Positions 8,754 through 19,084 of a stretch of 64,000 bases of DNA are shown here, in pieces. The stretch's first letter is position 1; each line of letters begins with the position of its first letter. The stretch covers positions 1 through 64,000 of IMG/VR virus record IMGVR_UViG_3300024308_000022. One strand, written 5' to 3'. The position numbers and the translations under genes were made by a program. Below the pieces are notes generated by a model. The model had not been told where the DNA came from, did no database searches, and worked only from the letters and a program-made list of their open reading frames with translations. The stretch is from an uncultured virus (IMG/VR IMGVR_UViG_3300024308_000022). Its lineage: Duplodnaviria; Heunggongvirae; Uroviricota; Caudoviricetes.

Positions 8754-11207
8754 ATGCGTTTAGTCAAAGCTACGTTTGTGCACAATGCACGTTTATTAGG
8801 CGGTGGGACGACAGAAGTCCACTATACGCCAGAGTCTCCTTTACAGTTACTGTTAGGAAATAACGGTTCTGGGAAAACCACGTTGTTGTATGCATTAGCT
8901 CCGTTCCCTGCTTCTCCTGGAGACTACGTCAAAGGTAAAGGATTTGAAGAAAAAGTCTATGAGAAAGAAGGGACGTTTTACACCATTCGAAGTGACTTTC
9001 GAAAAGGGCAGACCCACTCTCTACAGATCAACGACGACGAACCGATTATAGGAAACGCAACCGTGATCCGTACGCGGTTGATAGAGCTTTTAGATTACAC
9101 CCCAGAAACCCACAACATCGCCATGGGGTTAATCCTTTTTACTGACCTCCCTGCTCAGAAGCGTCGAGAGTGGCTCACTAAACTTTCTGACGTTGACGTC
9201 ACCTATGGGTTACGCATCCATAAAGAACTCGCTACACGGGTCAGGAATTTACAAGGAGCATTAAAGCTCGCTGAAGTCAAACTCACAGAAGAACTCTCTA
9301 CGCGACTCTCTGCAGCTGTAGTAGAAGAACGTAAACTGGAACTGAGTACCTTGACCAAAAAGATTCATGAGTTACTCTCTGCGAAGAATCCTACTACACC
9401 AGAGTACAGTCTTTTAGTGCGTGACGTTAAACGCCACAACGAAACGATCCAACGGTTAAACCGTGAGCTGCAATCCGTCCCTCGTCTTTACACCGAAGGG
9501 CGACACCACGACACCGTGATTGCTGAGCTGAAAAGTCAACTCCGGCATTGTGAGTACGTTCTAGGAGAACAACGACGAGAATTCGAACGACTGGACTCTT
9601 TACTGACTCCGTTTAGTCACGCGGATGAGCGACCCCTGGAGCTACTGGAAAAAGAACTCAAACAACTTGAAGTGGAACTAGAAACATTCAGTCCGTCTGG
9701 GTTTTTTGCAGACCTTACGTCGCTGCAAGAGTACGCGTTAGTGAAAGCGGAGCTTTTCAAAGCTCAGCAAAGTTTGGATGAGTTATACCTACGACTCCCA
9801 CAAAACCCAAACAAGACCACGTACAACAATGCGCGTGTACAGCAAGCCAGAGAAACCGCACAGGCTTTGCAAAGTGAGATCAACCGCCTTACGGCGTTGG
9901 AGCAACAGCTTAGGCTACAACTACGGCACATTCAGAATCATTCTACTGTAGAGTGCCCTGAGTGTAAGCACGTGTTTATTCCCGGTGTAGCCCCTACAGA
10001 ACAAGCCGTACTGGAACAACAACTCACCACTACGTTGACAGAACTCGAACGGTTACAACTTCAACACGAACGCGTAACCACGTACTTAACCGAGTACGCC
10101 ACCTACCGAGACCTCTACGTGGAAGTTCTCTCTACACGACGTCAACACCCAAAGCTTGCTCGTGTGTTTCACGACATTGACCCAGACGATATCCAGCTGG
10201 CGGAATCGCCTAAGTCTTTAGTAGGGAAACTCTCATTGTACCTAAGGACGTTAGACCAAGACGAGTACGTGTTTCGTACCAGTCAGAATCACGCAATCCT
10301 TACAGAGACGATCCACGCTAAACGCTCTGTGGGCCAAGGAGGCTTAGAAACGCTCAAACGGCGTATGGTAGAGCTGGAACACGAGCACACGAGCTCTAAA
10401 GTGCTCCTAGAGCGTTTAACGCAGGAACTCCGTGCTGCGGAAGACGAGTACCGGGTGTACAGTCATGCGTTACGTTTACAGAAAGAGTTACAGGGCACAC
10501 TGACCGAACTGAAGCAGTGTATGTCACACTTAAGTGATGCGGCGTACAACGAAGCATTGTCGCATGACGTAGATCGCTTACAGAGTTTGGTGACAGAGAT
10601 TCGTCAAGAACTTGCACGCAGTGATGCCAAAGACAGTGTCGTGCATCACCTAGAAGCGTCTATTGCGCAGTACCAGTCCGACCTAGAAGCAGGACAGTGT
10701 TTACTCAAACAACTCTCTCCTACCGAAGGGATTATTGCTGAGCAGCTTTTAGGGTACTTAGGGGTATTCGTGAATTCACTCAACCAGATCATCCACCAGA
10801 TCTGGACGGTACCGCTGAAACTCTCCTTACCTTCTGTGAACGACACGGAGCTTGACTATTTGTTCCCTATGGTGAGTTCTCAACTTGATCACATCGTACC
10901 GGACATCGCGTATGGCTCACGAGGCCAACGGGAAGTCATTAACTTTGCGTTTATGTCGATTGCGTTAGGAGGGAAAAACGTCCCGTGGTTCTTAGACGAG
11001 GTAGGACACAGTTTCCACCAAACACACCGAGATCGTTTGTTTGCGTACATCCGTACGCTTTTAGAACTCAAACGAATCCCTCAGGTGTTTTTAGTGTCTC
11101 ACTTCGCCTCTAGTCATGGAGCGCTTACGAATGCGGAAGTCAACGTACTGGACACGAGTGGTGCGTTAGTGAAGCCCGGTGAGAACCTCAACTTTAAAAT
11201 AGTATGA
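8754..11207 (+). CDS. sbcC: SbcC/Rad50-like SMC ATPase (phiKZ gp165-like)
   Basis: Walker A GNNGSGKTT, coiled coil with central CPEC zinc hook, signature SRGQ, Walker B FLDE and H-loop VSH. Confidence 0.93.
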   Translation: MRLVKATFVHNARLLGGGTTEVHYTPESPLQLLLGNNGSGKTTLLYALAPFPASPGDYVKGKGFEEKVYEKEGTFYTIRSDFRKGQTHSLQINDDEPIIGNATVIRTRLIELLDYTPETHNIAMGLILFTDLPAQKRREWLTKLSDVDVTYGLRIHKELATRVRNLQGALKLAEVKLTEELSTRLSAAVVEERKLELSTLTKKIHELLSAKNPTTPEYSLLVRDVKRHNETIQRLNRELQSVPRLYTEGRHHDTVIAELKSQLRHCEYVLGEQRREFERLDSLLTPFSHADERPLELLEKELKQLEVELETFSPSGFFADLTSLQEYALVKAELFKAQQSLDELYLRLPQNPNKTTYNNARVQQARETAQALQSEINRLTALEQQLRLQLRHIQNHSTVECPECKHVFIPGVAPTEQAVLEQQLTTTLTELERLQLQHERVTTYLTEYATYRDLYVEVLSTRRQHPKLARVFHDIDPDDIQLAESPKSLVGKLSLYLRTLDQDEYVFRTSQNHAILTETIHAKRSVGQGGLETLKRRMVELEHEHTSSKVLLERLTQELRAAEDEYRVYSHALRLQKELQGTLTELKQCMSHLSDAAYNEALSHDVDRLQSLVTEIRQELARSDAKDSVVHHLEASIAQYQSDLEAGQCLLKQLSPTEGIIAEQLLGYLGVFVNSLNQIIHQIWTVPLKLSLPSVNDTELDYLFPMVSSQLDHIVPDIAYGSRGQREVINFAFMSIALGGKNVPWFLDEVGHSFHQTHRDRLFAYIRTLLELKRIPQVFLVSHFASSHGALTNAEVNVLDTSGALVKPGENLNFKIV

Positions 11208-11248
11208 CGTAATGAGCAACACGTCATCTTCCTTAGAGTGTTAGCCTT

Positions 11249-11277
11249 GGTGGGAGTTATCCCTCCCACCTTTTTTT
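11249..11277 (+). terminator. intrinsic terminator
   Basis: GGTGGGAG...CTCCCACC followed by T7. Confidence 0.8.
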
Positions 11278-11285
11278 CTAAGACG

Positions 11286-11317
11286 ACATAAAAGGGAGCG
11301 CGAAGCTCCCTTTATGC
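11286..11317 (-). terminator. CATA...TATG-flanked hairpin
   Basis: CATAAAAGGGAGC-GCGAA-GCTCCCTTTATG downstream of a minus-strand gene. Confidence 0.7.
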
Positions 11318-11322
11318 GGTGG

Positions 11323-11952
11323 TTAATCCGGAACGTCTACCACTAAGCCATTATCGACTAAGATCTGCTGTAGTGCCGCGATCTCTGCGCGTGCTGCCAC
11401 CAACTGTGCTTCTAACGCAATCCGTTTGGCACGTTCAGTTTGGCTCCCGACGATTCGGTTAGTACGAGCGACTTCCATCCCTTCGTGGAGTGCACTAGGC
11501 ATCACGTTTCGGGTAGGAGCGACGTGCACTAAAGGCGTGGTGTCTACACCGATGGTCGTTTCTGTGAGTTCTTTAAGTTTTGTACTTAAGTCTGTAAGCC
11601 CTACGTATTCAGGGAAAGGACCTAAACTTAAAGAGATCACCACGTGTTGATACGCGACGTTATCCATCGACGGAATCGAGAGGATATACGTATCCGGTAC
11701 ATACACGTAGTTGTCATTCACATCCACAAAAGTGACGATACTTGCACCGTTTCGATTATCGGCTTGGTAGTCACTTTGGAGTAACCCATACGGTTCGTAG
11801 TAGTCCGCGAAGACGTCTACGGTCAGTACCAGTAAGTCTTCAAACTTCCGTACTGCTATACACTCATACAGTCCGGTAGGTAACACTAACGTGTCGTAAG
11901 GGGCGGCGAGTGTGTACCGCCCCTTAAGTCCTATGGTGGGAGTTAACGCCAT
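11323..11952 (-). CDS. putative virion structural protein
   Basis: 209 aa, co-transcribed with the 442-aa gene; phiKZ-like core context. Confidence 0.6.
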   Translation of the reverse strand: MALTPTIGLKGRYTLAAPYDTLVLPTGLYECIAVRKFEDLLVLTVDVFADYYEPYGLLQSDYQADNRNGASIVTFVDVNDNYVYVPDTYILSIPSMDNVAYQHVVISLSLGPFPEYVGLTDLSTKLKELTETTIGVDTTPLVHVAPTRNVMPSALHEGMEVARTNRIVGSQTERAKRIALEAQLVAARAEIAALQQILVDNGLVVDVPD

Positions 11953-11955
11953 TCT

Positions 11956-13284
11956 TTACACCACTGGGTCTGGTAAGCTATCTTTGCGTGCAATCAGGTA
12001 CTTGATCTGATCGCGGTTGAAACTCACGTAGAACACTCCGTTTCGGTCAATCAACGTATACCCTTCTGGGAGTTGCAGAGTCCCTGCGTTTTGTTCTGCG
12101 TAGATAAACGCAGTAAAGAGTTGGTTAATCCAGCTGCGTGTAGCAGGAGAGATTCGGTTGTAATCCAAAGAATTCACCGGGATGTTGACGTAATCAGGCC
12201 ATTGATCCGTTAAACGATACAGCCCATTTCGGTTACGGTGATGTCCTACGGACACAAACGACAACCCTTTCCAGCTTGAGCCGATGATCTCGTTCTGTGC
12301 TAGAATGTGTGGTGTTGCGTAGTCCACAAACAACGCTTGGTACTGTGGTAATTCCGCTTGTGGAATACTTGGAGAGTAAATCCCAGCCGTCAGTGTAAGC
12401 TCTGGTAACGCGTAGCGGTTCCATGCAGGAACGATGTAGTATTCCGTAGGGATAAAGATCTCAGGGAAAATAGTCTCCCATGCATCGCGGTCGTACGCTG
12501 AAGCGTCTAGCAGGTGATCAGCAATCTTCTCTTTGATCAGGTCATCGTTATTCCCACGAATTCCGTACACCAACACCACCCAGTTTGTACGACGACGGTA
12601 CGTAGCGTCGTTTGGATTCACCCAATCGAATTCATACGACGGTTGGTACGTTGGTGGCGTACCCGCACGCGCTAATTGTGCACGCGCCATGTGTTCAGAC
12701 TGTAAGTACTCGTCCAGTAACTGATCTACAGCCGCTACTCCAGTGTGGAATGCTTCTGGGTCTACAATCGGTGGAACCACGATAATGTCGTAGTAGTCAT
12801 ATTGCGCAGCGAAGCTTGCGTTGTGGTACCACAACCGCACTTCGTTGTCAGGAGCCCCTAACGCTTTGTACGATACCCATGAAGGAAACCAGTACTGACC
12901 ATTGGTGACGGTGTCTCCTAGGTCGATCTCTTCTGCTTCTAAAACGAAGTAACTACGCATTGCTAAAAGCGTATCCGTTTTATCCTCTGAGATCTGCCCC
13001 GCAAGCGATCTCGCGTACAGCCACTGCGACATCATCAACGCTTTGTTCTGGTGGAGTGTGTTCACGGGGATCAACCCTGTGGTATCCTCAGAACGAAACG
13101 ACACTAAACGGACGTCTGGGTAGGTGTTATTCGCATAAACCCCACGCTCTCTGGAGTAGGTTTCTTGCTGGGGTTCGAGTTCACCAATCGGGGAGTTCTG
13201 TCCTACCGCGTTGTTCATCAACGCCGGCATTGTTACAAAACCTCTTAAAATGTACATGACTGCTCTCCTTCTTAGGTATAGCAT
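11956..13284 (-). CDS. putative virion structural protein (phiKZ gp157-like; start probably at MYILRGF)
   Basis: 442 aa; synteny near RNase H as recalled for phiKZ-like phages. Confidence 0.6.
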   Translation of the reverse strand: MLYLRRRAVMYILRGFVTMPALMNNAVGQNSPIGELEPQQETYSRERGVYANNTYPDVRLVSFRSEDTTGLIPVNTLHQNKALMMSQWLYARSLAGQISEDKTDTLLAMRSYFVLEAEEIDLGDTVTNGQYWFPSWVSYKALGAPDNEVRLWYHNASFAAQYDYYDIIVVPPIVDPEAFHTGVAAVDQLLDEYLQSEHMARAQLARAGTPPTYQPSYEFDWVNPNDATYRRRTNWVVLVYGIRGNNDDLIKEKIADHLLDASAYDRDAWETIFPEIFIPTEYYIVPAWNRYALPELTLTAGIYSPSIPQAELPQYQALFVDYATPHILAQNEIIGSSWKGLSFVSVGHHRNRNGLYRLTDQWPDYVNIPVNSLDYNRISPATRSWINQLFTAFIYAEQNAGTLQLPEGYTLIDRNGVFYVSFNRDQIKYLIARKDSLPDPVV

Positions 13285-13321
13285 GCTTTAGTTTCGTTCA
13301 TATGTTACGGAGGTCATTCCT

Positions 13322-13810
13322 GTGTTTGGACAAATGCTTATCGCTCTACTGAAGTCTCTCGGTCCTTATACACTTGATATACTCAAGAAAAAGATCGAAG
13401 AGATCATCCAACACCCCGAAGGACGACGTCCTTCTTTTCTGTCGTGGGTGTTGATTCTTTTAATCGTCGTCTCGTCCTATGCAGCTACGTATTTCTACGA
13501 TCAGTCCCAGCTGACTAAGCCTGAAGAAAAAGACAAAGGGCAGCCTGTAGGACGGTACCACTCTGAAGACTACTTACAACGCTTGCTGGTTGAGTCCCAA
13601 CTGCAGGCGCTGCGCAAAGACTATGAGATCTCCCAGCTGAATTACTTTAACGAAAAAGAACGTCACGCTGAAACCAAAAAACAACTCGATACATTAACAC
13701 AGACGTGCCGTGCTCCCACACCTAAGTCTGATCCTCCAGCCAAGAAACCCACCAACGAACGTGTGAAAGATCGGTTAGAAACGATCCGTGATAAAGGAGA
13801 CACAGAATGA
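13322..13810 (+). CDS. i-spanin-like (Rz) membrane protein
   Basis: Single TM helix followed by a coiled coil and Pro-rich tail; overlaps a lipoprotein gene. Confidence 0.55.
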   Translation: MFGQMLIALLKSLGPYTLDILKKKIEEIIQHPEGRRPSFLSWVLILLIVVSSYAATYFYDQSQLTKPEEKDKGQPVGRYHSEDYLQRLLVESQLQALRKDYEISQLNYFNEKERHAETKKQLDTLTQTCRAPTPKSDPPAKKPTNERVKDRLETIRDKGDTE

Positions 13811-14262
13811 AAAAGCGATCTAACCTCGCTATCGTTTTACTACTGCTCGCTGGGTGTGTGTCACCCGGCGTTTCATCTCCTGAACTCAACACGTCGTTGA
13901 TTCCGTTTTCGATCCCTCACGACTACAATCAATACCGGTCCAAAGACCCAGCTGCGTTTCTTACGAACGTCACTCACTGGAGAGACGACCTTGTGGGTTA
14001 CCAGCAGTACTTAACTGGGTATATCAACTACTTAAACGTGACCTTCAAGCTAGAGTCAAACGAACTCCCTAAGTGTCCTCCTCGTCCTAAAGTCCCAGAA
14101 CTTACACTGGTGTTACCTGACGATGAGATCACTGACGACATGACTGAGACTGAAATCCAAGACGTGTTGTTTAAACACATCGAATCGATTCAAACGCAAG
14201 TAGACTCTTACAACCGAATGGTCACTGCGTTACAACAAGACCCTGTGGATTGCACCCCCTAA
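13807..14262 (+). CDS. o-spanin-like (Rz1) lipoprotein
   Basis: MKKR + hydrophobic core + lipobox LAGC; Pro/Cys-rich segment. Confidence 0.65.
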   Translation: MKKRSNLAIVLLLLAGCVSPGVSSPELNTSLIPFSIPHDYNQYRSKDPAAFLTNVTHWRDDLVGYQQYLTGYINYLNVTFKLESNELPKCPPRPKVPELTLVLPDDEITDDMTETEIQDVLFKHIESIQTQVDSYNRMVTALQQDPVDCTP

Positions 14263-14263
14263 A

Positions 14264-14300
14264 AAAGTACGACTACGCGTAATGGTGTAGTCGTACTTTT
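14264..14300. promoter_or_regulatory. palindrome upstream of RNase H
   Basis: AAAAGTACGACTAC...GTAGTCGTACTTTT. Confidence 0.5.
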
Positions 14301-14324
14301 GCACGTAACTAAGGTTTCCCTAAA

Positions 14325-15860
14325 ATGGCTAAAAAGAAAAAGACTCCAGACGCAGCTGCAGCAGTAGTAGAAACCACCCCTCGGTGTGGTGTGGTGTTAT
14401 ACACCGATGGTGGTGCGCGTCCAAACCCTGGTCCGTGTGGCTGGGGGTTTCATGGCTACCACTTTGACTTAAACAACACTCAGTACACCACGCGTTTAGC
14501 GAACAAAGAACTCGCTCCAGAACGAGAAGGTGTCGTGACCGACAAAGGGTACTCTACGCTCTCTAAACAAGAAGGAGGACGGGGTACTCAAGTCCTCGCT
14601 ACGACGTACGTCGATTCATGGGGGGCACTAGGTGTGGCTTCCAACAACGCAGCAGAAGTCCACGCTGCTTTAAATGCGATCAACTACACCTGTAAAGTCG
14701 ACCACGTAGAAAGCTTAACGGTGTACACCGATTCCAAGTACGTCGTAGAAGGGATGCGGGAGTGGTCAAAGAAATGGATTGCTGCCGACTTTAAACGAGA
14801 CGGCGAGCCGATGCCAAATGCCGATGCGTGGCGTCAGCTTTTAGCCTCTACGTCGACGTTAGAAAGTAGTGGTACGAAAGTCACGTGGAACTGGGTGAAA
14901 GGACACGCAACGTCTGTAGGGAATAAACTCGCTGACCGTAACGCGACCCGCGCGGTGATCCTCAGTCAAAAAGACAGAGCGGGTGAGGTACATGAAGAAG
15001 TCTCTCCTCCTGCTGGCTACTGGGCTCCTAAAGCAGAGTACAATCGTTTATTCTCGTTAAACCGTTGGTACTTTGTGATGAACACCGACGTGGCGAAAAG
15101 CACCGACGGCCGTCACGTGTATCACTTAGGACAGTCTACTGCAGACAACGAGTACGACGGCAAACGGATGTCAGACCAAGCATACGCTGTGGTGTACTTA
15201 AAAGAACCAGAACCTGTCTTAGAACAACTGCGGGAATACCAAACGAAAATCTCCCGTACCACACAACTTGACGTAGTGAAAGTCTACTTAGCGAATGTGT
15301 TCACCGCTTCAGTCTACCAAGACTTAAAAGACCACCAGATGGATTACGTGGTCAAAGCAGATCACTTTAATGACCTGTACACCATCGATCAGAAACAACT
15401 GACGTGGCACGCTAGACCGCCTAGAAAGGTATTTGACGCGATCTCTAATCTAGCGCACCTACAGGGCGTCTTAGATACGTTTTTGTCTAAGGAGTCCATC
15501 CAAGACCCGTACACGGTGTATACCGATGTAACGAGTTATTTCTATGAGCACGAAGAGAAAAAAGGCAAGTCAGTCTGCGTTTTACGCAAGACGATTGCTC
15601 AAACTCTGAAGTCACTTACCCTACCTGTAGGGTATGACTTAGGTGCAGGTAAGAAAGAAGCCAACGTGATCCTCACCCTTGGGTTAGACACCCCGTCTCG
15701 TAACGCACTGTCTGCTTTAACTGCAGAGTCTCCTACGCTGACGTTAGTCACCCGTCGTGAGTCTAGCGTGGGGTTCAGGTATTACCTTGTACTGAGTGCG
15801 GGAGAGGATGTAGGTATCTACGCCTCGATGGTCAGTAACCTCTATGTTGAAAGGTCTTAG
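14325..15860 (+). CDS. rnhA: ribonuclease HI with C-terminal extension (phiKZ gp155-like)
   Basis: YTDGG..PNPG, NNAAE, TDSKYV and WVKGH..GN..AD catalytic motifs. Confidence 0.93.
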   Translation: MAKKKKTPDAAAAVVETTPRCGVVLYTDGGARPNPGPCGWGFHGYHFDLNNTQYTTRLANKELAPEREGVVTDKGYSTLSKQEGGRGTQVLATTYVDSWGALGVASNNAAEVHAALNAINYTCKVDHVESLTVYTDSKYVVEGMREWSKKWIAADFKRDGEPMPNADAWRQLLASTSTLESSGTKVTWNWVKGHATSVGNKLADRNATRAVILSQKDRAGEVHEEVSPPAGYWAPKAEYNRLFSLNRWYFVMNTDVAKSTDGRHVYHLGQSTADNEYDGKRMSDQAYAVVYLKEPEPVLEQLREYQTKISRTTQLDVVKVYLANVFTASVYQDLKDHQMDYVVKADHFNDLYTIDQKQLTWHARPPRKVFDAISNLAHLQGVLDTFLSKESIQDPYTVYTDVTSYFYEHEEKKGKSVCVLRKTIAQTLKSLTLPVGYDLGAGKKEANVILTLGLDTPSRNALSALTAESPTLTLVTRRESSVGFRYYLVLSAGEDVGIYASMVSNLYVERS

Positions 15861-15862
15861 TT

Positions 15863-16273
15863 ATGTTTACAGCAATTCGGAAATGTGTACGAGCCGTGAT
15901 CGGCTTCCTGTGGGAGTTAATTGCAAGCACGGCTAGTAAACGTCTGTTATTTGTCGTAACGCTCTACCGATACCTGAAGGACTACGGGGCACCCACCACT
16001 GACGAGTTAACCAAGCGAATCGGAGTAGACAACGAGGAGCTTGAGCAGCTAAACCGGACTTTTGGACTCGCTGATCGTACTACAGCTTTAGTCTTCCCGG
16101 CCCTAGCTTTCACGGACCGTTTATGGCCGCGTGGGGCATTGGACATCCAGCACCTCGAAAGAGATGCATTGATCCAAGAGATTCTTAACCATACCTCCAG
16201 TCATTTGCGGTATGGAAGAGAATCTGACTTACGTGCTGATATCGGTGCCGTGTTAAACTTTTTAGGCAGGTAG
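15863..16273 (+). CDS. hypothetical protein
   Basis: 136 aa, directly after RNase H. Confidence 0.65.
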   Translation: MFTAIRKCVRAVIGFLWELIASTASKRLLFVVTLYRYLKDYGAPTTDELTKRIGVDNEELEQLNRTFGLADRTTALVFPALAFTDRLWPRGALDIQHLERDALIQEILNHTSSHLRYGRESDLRADIGAVLNFLGR

Positions 16274-16358
16274 TGTATACACAGGCTGTGGTTAAAAGTG
16301 ATAGGACGTCAGAAAGGGAACATGTTCGTGAGTTGCATTCGTAACAAACGAATTTACA

Positions 16359-16390
16359 GCATACAGGGAGGCTTCGGCCTCCCTCGTATG
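16359..16390. terminator. bidirectional hairpin
   Basis: GCATACAGGGAGGC-TTCG-GCCTCCCTCGTATG between convergent genes. Confidence 0.75.
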
Positions 16391-16395
16391 TTTGT

Positions 16396-17214
16396 TTACA
16401 GTTTTTTGATCACATCCACAGCGTCTTCTACAGCTTTCAGGTACGAAGCGATCAGCGTGTTCACCACACTGTAGAAACTGACTTGCTCTGCTAATGTGTA
16501 GGAGAGATCTGCCAGTTGTTTCACCACTTCAGGAGAAGGGCGGTACTGCTCGTTGGTGTCTCGAATCCGTTTGATCAACGTACGCAGTTGTTGGTCTAAC
16601 TCAGTGACGGTGTCAGCAAAGTCTTTTGGACTCTGACGGTCTGCGTTGCGTTTTAACGTCGTGCAGATGTCTTTGAGTTCTACCCAGTCGTTGTTGTTAC
16701 GAATGACTTCACTGTAAGGACGTGTGGCTTTCGTGCCATTACGAAATACGTCTTTCAGTTTGTTCTGCAAGTCCTTTATTTCTTTTGGATGGTTTTGTGC
16801 ACGTAAAACACTACTGCCTAATTTCTCAGGATTGTTCAATGCCTCCCCTACAAACTTCTGGAATGGCTCTAAGGTGTCATCCAAGATACTCATGGATAGC
16901 TCTTGAGCACGCAGGAGCAACTGACCGTAAGGGACTAAAGGAGCAGACAACCCTGCAGGGATCGGTAATTGCACTGGAGATAAGTCCACGTACTTGTGTT
17001 TCTGCACTTCACGTAAAGCCGGTACGAAGTCGATCGCGCCAACCGGTAGTATCAAACCACGTAACGAGTCAGCGATCTGATTACTGACAGAATCGACCAT
17101 CGTACCCAGTTTTTCCACCATCCCAATGTTCGGTCGGTGAACCGCTAACGCTTCGAGGGCTAACACCTCATGCTGAAATTGTAAATCGTTTAAGTTTGCA
17201 AACATGGTACACAC
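16396..17214 (-). CDS. putative virion head protein (phiKZ gp153-like)
   Basis: Helical protein with an N-terminal ALE protease-type site; divergent from uvsX. Confidence 0.55.
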   Translation of the reverse strand: MCTMFANLNDLQFQHEVLALEALAVHRPNIGMVEKLGTMVDSVSNQIADSLRGLILPVGAIDFVPALREVQKHKYVDLSPVQLPIPAGLSAPLVPYGQLLLRAQELSMSILDDTLEPFQKFVGEALNNPEKLGSSVLRAQNHPKEIKDLQNKLKDVFRNGTKATRPYSEVIRNNNDWVELKDICTTLKRNADRQSPKDFADTVTELDQQLRTLIKRIRDTNEQYRPSPEVVKQLADLSYTLAEQVSFYSVVNTLIASYLKAVEDAVDVIKKL

Positions 17215-17311
17215 CGCCTTTTGGTCTGCTGGTTTTTATGAATTAACATAGAATTAAAAATTCCATACCCACTCATTTAATGTACTCAATTCTCAAAGGA
17301 AGCACACTGCG

Positions 17312-18727
17312 ATGGCTTTAGCATTTAAAAACAGATTTCAACCTGCTCCTGATATTCGTCCTATGCCTAACTTAGGGTGTTTGCTCGACATCCCTACAGG
17401 CTCGTACCAACTCGGCTCGAAAGGAGAGATGGTACTCAACGGTGGTTTGGCACCGGTTACTGGAGTCGGTGGTCGTGGCAACGTCGGTAAGTCATTACTG
17501 GCACGGTCAATGAACCTCACTGTGATCGATCGGTATAGCCCTTCAGAAGCGATGCTGTACGACACCGAGATCTCTGCCAGTATGAACCGTACTCACCAGC
17601 TCGCTCGACGGTTTGAAAACTTACAAGGACACGACCTGCAAGCAGAAGATCGTTTCTTACTGACTGCAGGGGACGTGATGATTGGTGACAAGTGGTACGA
17701 AGAGATCCGGAAGTACGGAGAAGACAAACAAAACGCTCCTGCGAAAGAAGTCAAGTACACGACGCCGTTTGTGGACTCCAAAGGCGTTCCGTTTAAAACG
17801 TACTTCCCATCCAACGTAGAGATCGACTCCCTGTCACAGTTCACGACTTCTCAGATGGAAGAAATCCAAGAGAAAAACACCATCGGTACGTCAGGTCGAA
17901 ATATGGAGTCGATGCGGGGGGCGATGAACAAATGGCAGATGCTGAACGAGCTGCCTGTACTCACCGCCTCTAGCGGGATTAACATGATCCTGACGGCTCA
18001 CGTAGATGACAACATTCAGTTAGACCCATATGCTCCTGTACAGCAGAAGCTTGCGTTCTTAAAGTCCAGTTTGAAGTTTAAGAAAGTACCGAACAACTTT
18101 TTCTTTCTAACGAACAACCTCTGGTACGTGTACGGTACGTCACCGCTGAAAAACAAAACCACCAAAGCACCTGAGTTCCCACGGGACAAGTACGACGATA
18201 ACCCCGATTCGACTGACTTACAGGAAATGACGATCCAGAATTTACGTGGGAAGTACGGTCCTACGGGTTCACCGTTTCATTTACTGGCCTCTCAGTCAGA
18301 AGGTATCCTGATCGGTCTGTCAGAGTTCTACTATATCAAGAACCACGACGCAGCCACCAGCGACACGTTCCGCTTTGGTTTGTCGGGACACGACAAGAGT
18401 TATAGTGTGGTCTTTCTGCCTGACGTGAAACTCCAACGGACTACGGTACGCGGAAAGATCGATGAAACCCCTGAGTTACGTCGTGCACTTCAGATCACCT
18501 CTGAGCTTGCGCAGATGCGTTACGTGGCGTTTGATCAATACCAAGACCTGTGGTGTCCTCCAGAAACACTGTACGCTGATTTACTGAAAATGGGCTACAA
18601 GTGGGAAGACTTACTACAGACCCGTGGATTCTGGACGTTTGAAGAACAGAATCATCCACAGCACTTTTTATCGACGTTAGACTTACTGCGTGTCAGAGCA
18701 GGTAAGTACAAACCGTACTGGATGTAA
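17312..18727 (+). CDS. uvsX: UvsX/RecA-like recombinase (phiKZ gp152-like)
   Basis: P-loop GRGNVGKS, YDTE and Walker B EIDSLS. Confidence 0.85.
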   Translation: MALAFKNRFQPAPDIRPMPNLGCLLDIPTGSYQLGSKGEMVLNGGLAPVTGVGGRGNVGKSLLARSMNLTVIDRYSPSEAMLYDTEISASMNRTHQLARRFENLQGHDLQAEDRFLLTAGDVMIGDKWYEEIRKYGEDKQNAPAKEVKYTTPFVDSKGVPFKTYFPSNVEIDSLSQFTTSQMEEIQEKNTIGTSGRNMESMRGAMNKWQMLNELPVLTASSGINMILTAHVDDNIQLDPYAPVQQKLAFLKSSLKFKKVPNNFFFLTNNLWYVYGTSPLKNKTTKAPEFPRDKYDDNPDSTDLQEMTIQNLRGKYGPTGSPFHLLASQSEGILIGLSEFYYIKNHDAATSDTFRFGLSGHDKSYSVVFLPDVKLQRTTVRGKIDETPELRRALQITSELAQMRYVAFDQYQDLWCPPETLYADLLKMGYKWEDLLQTRGFWTFEEQNHPQHFLSTLDLLRVRAGKYKPYWM

Positions 18728-18790
18728 CGACAGTGAACGAGGGAGTGCGCTCCCTCCTTCCTGTACGTCTTTTTTAGGAATAATAATAAC

Positions 18791-19084
18791 ATGGCAACAA
18801 TGAAGCATAAAACCATTGCCGCACTCGGAGCCAAGACTCCGAAGTTTTCAGCGGCTTTACTGCAGAATTTCCACCACAGCGATCACGCGCTGGGCGATCC
18901 CCACAAAGAACTCCGTGAACTCAACCAGTGGCTGTCCTCTGAGCTGTGTCGGTTGTTTGGCGACACTGATTCTTTAGTCTACCGCATCGAACTGATCCAC
19001 AACGTGACCTTCGAACAATGGTTTGATCGGTTCTCCGAAAACGTGTTATGGATCATAGCACGCAGTTACGGAGACGGCGTATGA
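18791..19084 (+). CDS. hypothetical protein
   Basis: AGGA RBS; coupled to the next gene. Confidence 0.65.
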   Translation: MATMKHKTIAALGAKTPKFSAALLQNFHHSDHALGDPHKELRELNQWLSSELCRLFGDTDSLVYRIELIHNVTFEQWFDRFSENVLWIIARSYGDGV

